Below, piece by piece: positions 19,283-25,326 of a stretch of DNA of 25,326 nt. The DNA is from Octopus sinensis (taxonomy: Eukaryota). Positions within the stretch are counted from its first letter, which is position 1, and each line of letters begins with the position of its first letter. The stretch is from contig NW_021836187.1 of NCBI RefSeq assembly GCF_006345805.1, forward strand, positions 1 through 25,326, written 5' to 3'. Both the position numbers and the translations under genes were made by a program. The notes below the pieces were generated by a model. It did not search any database, was not told where the DNA came from, and worked only from the letters and a program-made list of their open reading frames with translations.

Positions 19283-19450
19283 TTAAGTATAAATAACAAA
19301 ACCCTTACACGAATCGCTTTCAAAGCAGGCGCACATACAGATACAAACATTTAGATGACTCTAACAAGAAACAGCTACATCATACACAGTACACAAAATA
19401 TTACAAATATATACTTTGGAACACCTATACGCATAATCGTATCTACCTTT

Positions 19451-19496
19451 GTGTGTGGTGTGTGAGTGTGTGTGAGCTTGTGTGTGTGTATATATA

Positions 19497-19579
<83 letters not shown>

Positions 19580-19582
19580 TAT
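19451..19582. repeat. TG/TA microsatellite
   Basis: Direct reading. Confidence 0.9.
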
Positions 19583-19919
19583 AGTGTGACCCCCCTCGGT
19601 CAGACACTGACCATGGGTTTGCACCTAGAGAGTTACCCTCTGAGGCACAAGTCTGGGCAAGGTTGTTTTTTTTGGAAGACCAGCAGTCGCCCACGCATAC
19701 CGGCCCCCCTCTCCACGTCACCGATGTTGTCCAAGGGAAAGGCAAGGACCGATTACAGCTTGGCACCTGTGACGTCGCAACTCATTTCTACAGCTGAGTG
19801 AACTGGAGCAACGTGAAATAAGTGTCTTGCTCAAGAACACAACACGCAGCCCGGTCCGGGATTCGAGCTCACAACCTCACGATCGTAAGCTCGACGCTCT
19901 AACCACTGAGCCACCGGCC
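19583..19919 (-). mobile_element. SINE group B (CORE-like), tail type ii, near full length
   Basis: ggtggctcagtggttagagc (A box), gagctcgaatccc (B box), gtgttcttgagcaagacacttatttcacgttgctccagttcactcagctg, terminal stem-loop at 19598-19612. Confidence 0.9.
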
Positions 19920-19962
19920 TTTCTAATTATATCATATATAAATATATATAATCTATATATAT

Positions 19963-20013
<51 letters not shown>

Positions 20014-20022
20014 TACATATAT

Positions 20023-20408
20023 ATAAGCGCAGGCGTGGCTGTGTATAGTGAGAAACTTGCTTCCCAATCACATGGTTCCAGGTTCAGTGGCAATCTGCTA
20101 AGTGTCTTCTACTATAGCTTCGAGCCGACCAAAGGCTTGTGAGTAGATTTGGTAGACGGAAACTCAAAGAAGCCAGTCGCGTATATATATATATATGTTT
20201 ATATATATTTTTGTATCTGTGTTTGTCCCCCCAACATCGCTTGACAACCGATGCTGGTGTGTTTACGTCCCCGTAAGCTAGCGGTTCGGCAAAAGAGACC
20301 AATAGAATAAGTACTAGACTTACAAAGACTAAGTCCTGGGGTCGATTTCTTCGACTAAAGGCGGTGCTCCAACATGGCCGCAGTCAAATGACTAAAACAA
20401 ATAAAAGA
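20023..20408 (+). mobile_element. SINE group C with short internal (TA)n
   Basis: Same organisation as 4401-4793. Confidence 0.9.
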
Positions 20409-21271
20409 TTTTTTTAAAAAACGAATAGACATACAGAACGAATACAAGTTTAGAAGTTACACAATGATATCGAAAGAAACATTTCCCAATTGATTTTTCC
20501 ATTAATGTACATTCTGAACTACGTTGCGGGCTAAACTAAGTGGGAAGTTCTGAAAAAAAAAATTAATAAAAAGAGAGGGAGAAAACTAGTTCCCCAAATA
20601 ATATCAGTAGGAAGTAAGGCATTGATTTGATTTCCTTCTTATCCGAAATTTCTAGAATAACGTGACTACAGATAAAAAAAGCTTGTTGTTCTCATGCTGA
20701 ACAATTGTTACATTCCTGTTGAAAACGTATACCTTTGCCATTTAGTCACAGGAAACAACAAGGAAATGTATGATGCACAAAGCAAGAGAGATATGTAAAC
20801 AATGTTTAAAAAAGTTCGGGCATGTTTTATGCTCAAGGATCTCGTGTATCAATCGAACTCTTCCCTGTATGATTGCTTACTCTCGGAAAGGATTGCTGGA
20901 TTCCTAGAAACTTCCCGGGAGGTTTGATAATGTAGAAAACCCACAATACGTTTTGCAGTGCAATTCATTGGTGAGGATAAATCAAAATATTTTGTTGAAC
21001 GTAAATACGTATGTAATATATAAGTGTTTGAATGCATACATAGGCAAGCGTACATGCATGTATACATACACGTAAGAATATATGAAAAAAGACATGGTTA
21101 GCCGTCACTCGCAAGAGAGTACAACTTGCTAGCTTGTACCATGCTTTCTCGAATTGCTTTAGCTGCCTTTGTAGTCGCGAGCAGATATTCCCCACCGCCC
21201 TATCTATTACACGTTTGACACAGAAACATTGAAGATGTAACAGCTAATAGGAGAGATGTATGAGCACTAGG

Positions 21272-21609
21272 CTAGTATTCATTTGCAGTAGAGTAAACTG
21301 GAGCGACGAGAAACGAAGTGCCTTGAATGAGAACACAATGCCCCAGGAAGGCGAGCTGGTAGAATCGTTAGCACGCTGGGCGAAGTGCATAGCGGTATTT
21401 CGTCTGCCGCTACGTTCTGAGTTCAAATTCCGCCGAGGTCGACTTTGCCTTTCATCCTTTCGGGGTTGATAAATTAAGTAACAGTTACGCACTGGGGTCG
21501 ATATAATCAACTTAATCCGTTTGTCTGTCATTGTTTGCCCTCTCTGTGTTTAGCTTCTTGTAGGCAATAAAGAAACAGCAATGCTCCAGGAGGCGAACCC
21601 ATGATCGTG
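21272..21609 (-). mobile_element. Degraded SINE group B (B box plus CORE-like region) interrupted by a group A SINE
   Basis: Rejoined minus strand: gatcatgggttcgcctcctggggcattgtgttctcattcaaggcacttcgtttctcgtcgctccagtttactc. Confidence 0.7.
21349..21578 (+). mobile_element. SINE group A, tail type ii, full length, 13-bp TSD with 1 mismatch
   Basis: ggcgagctggtagaatcgttagc ... gtaggcaataaagaaa; caatgccccagga at 21336-21348, caatgctccagga at 21579-21591. Confidence 0.92.
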
Positions 21610-22221
21610 TGTGTGCGTTTGTGTGTGTATACATACGTACTTATATATGAGCATGCAGATTCGTATATACATATATACATACATATATGCACACAAACAC
21701 ATATACAAACACTCAAACACACACACACACACACACATCAACTATACAAACATCTATATATGAGGAATGTCAAAACCAGAATCAAACTACGTCAAAAACA
21801 GCGCGACAACCCGCTCATGCAGCGAGCTCGCGACAACAGTACTGTGTATGGTTGTCACCTTCCGTCTAATAACCGTCACATTATACGCTGCATCAATTTC
21901 TCATCAATTTCTCCTCCACCTATATGTGCTATAGTTAGTGCATTTGGTAATTTGTTACCAGTTGAACAATAAAGATTCGGAAGAGCAACGTTTTTATGTT
22001 AAAATTCTTCTTTCATAATAGGAAAACGTTTATAATCGCATTTCTCATGTTGCAAAAGGGTCATGAGAAAGATTGTTCCATCGGGACGCAATGTCACGTG
22101 TTTTTCATACCATTATAAGCATCTGTTGATGATCCCAAATCTGGATGTCCTTCTAATCGTTCCAGGGAACGATTACATTGTAAAAGTGCGGCCTGTGAGC
22201 CAATAATATCATGGTCTGACT

Positions 22222-22389
22222 AGCGGTATTTCGTCTGTCTTTACGTTCTGAGTTCAAATTCCGCCGAGGTCGACTTTGCCTTTCATCCTTTCGGGGTCGA
22301 TAAATTAAGTACCAGTTGCGTTCTGGTGTCGATCTAATTGAATGGCGGCCTCCCTCGATATTTCGGGCCTTGTGCCTAGAGTAGAAAGG
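22222..22389 (+). mobile_element. SINE group A, tail type i, 5'-truncated, perfect 17-bp TSD
   Basis: aatatcatggtctgact at 22205-22221 and 22390-22406. Confidence 0.93.
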
Positions 22390-22496
22390 AATATCATGGT
22401 CTGACTCCGTGAAATCTCCGAAGAAGTAGTCATATGTAAAATTATGAGGATACATGTGTATGCATGCATGCGTGCGTGTGTATGTGAATCAGGTAA

Positions 22497-22800
22497 ACAA
22501 TCAAGAGGTAGTGGGTTCGATTCCCGCACCGGGATGTATGTTGTGACCTTGAACAAGGCACTTTATTTCACGTTACTCCAGTTCACTCAGCTCTTAAAAT
22601 GAGTTACGACGTTACTGGTCCCAAGCTGTATCAGCCTTTGCCCTTCAAGTTGGATAACATTGGTGGCATGGAGCGGGAAGACTGGTATGCACGGGTGACT
22701 GCTGGTCTCCCATAAACAACCTTGCCCGGACTTGTGCCTTGGAGGGGACTTTCTAGGTGCAACCCCTTGGTCATCCATAACCAAAGCAGGGTCTTTACTG
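22497..22800 (+). mobile_element. SINE group B, tail type ii, A box missing or degraded
   Basis: gtgggttcgattccc B box, CORE-like gtgaccttgaacaaggcactttatttcacg, body homologous to 19583-19919. Confidence 0.88.
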
Positions 22801-22831
<31 letters not shown>

Positions 22832-23386
22832 TATATATATAATATATATATATACACACACACTCACATACACATACATATATTGTTTGAATGTATGTGC
22901 ATTTCTTTATGCTATTTGTTGTCGGGGATGCCCATGGTGGGCTGACAAGTAAGTAATATACATGTATACATGTATGGACGATATAACAGCTTGAGTTGTG
23001 AAGATTACATCTGCCTCCTTTGCAATCGAATTATAAATCACATTTAATTATTTATAACTTGTTTGCAGGTTTAACATGCATGTAATTTGTTACTAATGAG
23101 TAAAAATTTTATAAATCTTACTGTTCTTTTCCTTGCAGTTTACTATACATGCTACCCTATGGTTTTGTTTTTGTTTTTGTTTTGAGGATTATTTTCCATA
23201 TTGTATAAAACGATTTACTGCTCACAGGGGAGATGGAGAGAATATTTTGAGTTCTTTGAGGCGATCCCAGTAGTAAAGGCCAGTCTTGTCATTTATATTT
23301 TTATGGCCAATCCCAAGCGTGCTTCAGACTTCATAGTGCTTTGCCTTGTGTACGGACACCATTGAAGGCAGCAGTATCATATGCAC

Positions 23387-23471
23387 GTATGTATGTATGT
23401 ATGTATGTATGTATGTATGTATGTATGTATGTATGTATGTATGTATGTATGTATGTATGTATGTATGTATG
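23387..23471. repeat. Perfect (GTAT)n
   Basis: Direct reading. Confidence 0.97.
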
Positions 23472-23491
23472 TTTTACTTACACACACGATC

Positions 23492-24188
23492 GTCTAGACA
23501 TGCAGCTATATGCATGAAAATACATACACAAAACAAAACATATAAATCTGCACCTACACATACATACAAACAAAAGTACTCTGTTGATGTTGAAATTCCA
23601 ATGAATGAGTCCTGGATCTAGGTTAGAAACCGGCTCTTTCTCTGTTGGCAAGAAACCTTGAAATAAAACTGAATAATGAGATACATACACCAAGGTATCG
23701 ATGCTGTTGTACATCACTAGTCACAATGCGCTTTGTCATAGTTTTAGCTTTCGAATGACGCCAACCCGTTGACTAGACGAGTAGGCTTACTTACAAAAAT
23801 AAAAACAGCACTCTGTCATTTATGACGGCGTGTGTTCCACTTGATTCTATCAACAGAAGAGCCAAAATATAAATATTGAGAAATTAGGCTTCTTAAAACA
23901 AAAAAGGAGAAAGCTAATTCGAAGACTACAGATCCAATCCATCACTGAAACTGTTTATCCTTTAAATATATATGAGCATGTCTAGATATGCAACTATATG
24001 CATGAGAATACATATATAAAACATGCAAATCTGCATATACATACATACATACATACAAACAAACAAACAAAAATATTCTGTTGTTGATGTTGAAATTCCA
24101 ATGAAGGAGCCTTGGATCTAGGTTAGAAATAGGTTCTTTCTCCATTGTCAAGAAATCCTGAAGTAAACTGAATAATGACATACATACA
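23492..24188 (+). repeat. ~200-bp direct repeat pair (23492-23689 and 23980-24188) ending in (ACAT)n
   Basis: Shared gtctagaYatgca ... gatgttgaaattccaatgaa ... ggatctaggttagaaa ... aaactgaataatga. Confidence 0.88.
23811..23862 (-). mobile_element. Degraded tail fragment of SINE group B type i
   Basis: tttatgacggcgtgtgttccacttgattctatcaacagaa resembles gttacgacgacgagggttccagttgattcgatcaacggaa at 2398-2437. Confidence 0.6.
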
Positions 24189-24979
24189 TACATACATACA
24201 TACATACATACAAACATATATACATGCATACATACAGAGTAATCTACTCGTGACAAGGAAGTCCATCACTGACCATTAAGAACATTGTGCTCTCAGACAA
24301 AATTCTACTTTACACTTATGACTCCGCTGGTGAATAATAAACTCAGCTCTTGATAGACATAAATGTCTGAGGATACTGCAGACCAAACTTCACCTCATTC
24401 ACTTCACTAGCAGTGTATCTTCGAGCAGCTTGCTTAAATTCTGCATAGAAAATAAGCGCGTTCTTTTCGAAAATACACACCTCTTCTTTTATTTCTTTCC
24501 TCCATTACTAGTAATGTCAAGCAATGCTTTCGTAATTGACCTTCCATATTTCATATATCTTCAACGAGTACTTTAAACATCCTTAAATTATGGATCTGGT
24601 TTCTCCTGAGAGCGCTTTCCACAAACAAGTTTTTAAAAATAAAAATATAAACCGCATCAAATCTTGCTCTACACGATGCTCATAAAGATATATTTTTAAT
24701 CGGTTGGCAGATATATAAGCATTGACTATTAAACAGTTTATTCGCGGAAAACATAGCTTGTTTCGACTCAAAACATCTGGGTATTCTGGCTGACGATATG
24801 ATTATGACGAAACACCGGTATTCCAGAATAAATGCATGTTCATCCTAAGTAGGAGGATTTGGTTTTCCTGTGACGTACACAGCAATGACTAGCATATTCT
24901 GCATTTGAATCTACTGGGTCTATCAAGGAAAAAATGCAGATCATCGTTTCAAACCTCGCAGTACTCACTATCTATACGG

Positions 24980-25006
24980 TTTCATATATATATGTATATA
25001 TAGATA

Positions 25007-25057
<51 letters not shown>

Positions 25058-25162
25058 TATATATATATATAAATTTGTATTATCTCCCTAGTTTTACGTG
25101 CTAAACCACTTGGTGTTAAATTAATGGTATTATTAAATTAATATCAATTTTTCACCCTCATT

Positions 25163-25200
<38 letters not shown>
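24980..25200. repeat. Two (TA)n tracts separated by ~75 bp
   Basis: Direct reading. Confidence 0.9.
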
Positions 25201-25201
<1 letters not shown>

Positions 25202-25326
25202 ATCAAAATAAAAATAAAAATAAAAACATGAGGCGAAGGATTCAGGTACGTGGTACATATGTTTCGGGCCTTTATTAGACAGATCATAACAAATCATAAT
25301 GTATGTCTGTGGCCTTCTTCAGCCGC

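Larger units (their letters stand above)
16876..19450 (+). repeat. ~207-bp tandem duplication (16876-17136 and 19283-19450) interrupted by the Helitron
   Basis: gtatctaYcttt at 16876, 17083 and 19439; ttaagtataaataacaaa... at 16930 and 19283; about 85 percent identity by eye. Confidence 0.88.

Noticed and set aside
20800-21070. Short open frames on both strands in unique DNA
   Set aside because: No recognisable motif and weak splice signals.
21601-21972. 123-aa ORF
   Set aside because: Starts inside TG/CA repeats; the remainder has no recognisable similarity.
23231-23251. RWREYFE as an RTE/CR1 ORF2 motif
   Set aside because: Only seven residues; flanking translation does not continue the LINE pattern.
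23938-24272. tccatcactga (23938-23948, 24262-24272) as a TSD of the second 200-bp repeat
   Set aside because: The second copy is ~25 bp beyond the ACAT tail and the first ~30 bp before the shared start, so the junctions do not fit.
74-24771. Most ORFs in the supplied track ([16 protein letters not shown], poly-I/S/H/L, ERER)
   Set aside because: They are stop-free translations of microsatellites or SINE bodies. Only 6059-6418, the first 43 codons of 6648-7037 and 17718-18218 contain recognisable protein.

Overview
Eukaryotic, AT-rich, repeat-saturated DNA, most likely an intronic or intergenic region of an octopus genome. That assignment is inferred from the tRNA-derived SINE families and the extreme microsatellite load. 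I recognise no host protein-coding gene, rRNA or CRISPR array, and nearly all ORFs in the supplied track are microsatellite artefacts. Supported content: (1) about 20 copies or fragments of four tRNA-derived SINE groups (my labels A, B, C, D); (2) a decayed Tc1 transposon with an orphan Tc1 end, and a mariner-like end; (3) the 3' end of an R4/Dong-clade retrotransposon abutting TAA repeats; (4) the 3' end of an L1/Tx1-type LINE embedded in an (ATCT)n array; (5) a precisely bounded 2146-bp internally deleted Helitron (17137-19282) whose empty site survives in the adjacent tandem copy; (6) a ~280-bp repeat unit with an internal tRNA-Thr(CGT)-like cloverleaf, arranged as a long inverted repeat. 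The best leads follow. One SINE-A subtype shares its last 42 nt (34/42 identical, ungapped) with the Tx1-type LINE. Both of its 3'-complete copies sit beside the B box of another SINE with 13-bp TSDs. The tRNA-like unit has architecture that does not fit an ordinary SINE. The Helitron ends in a 40-bp near-perfect palindrome. All alignments were done by eye and no database searches were run.
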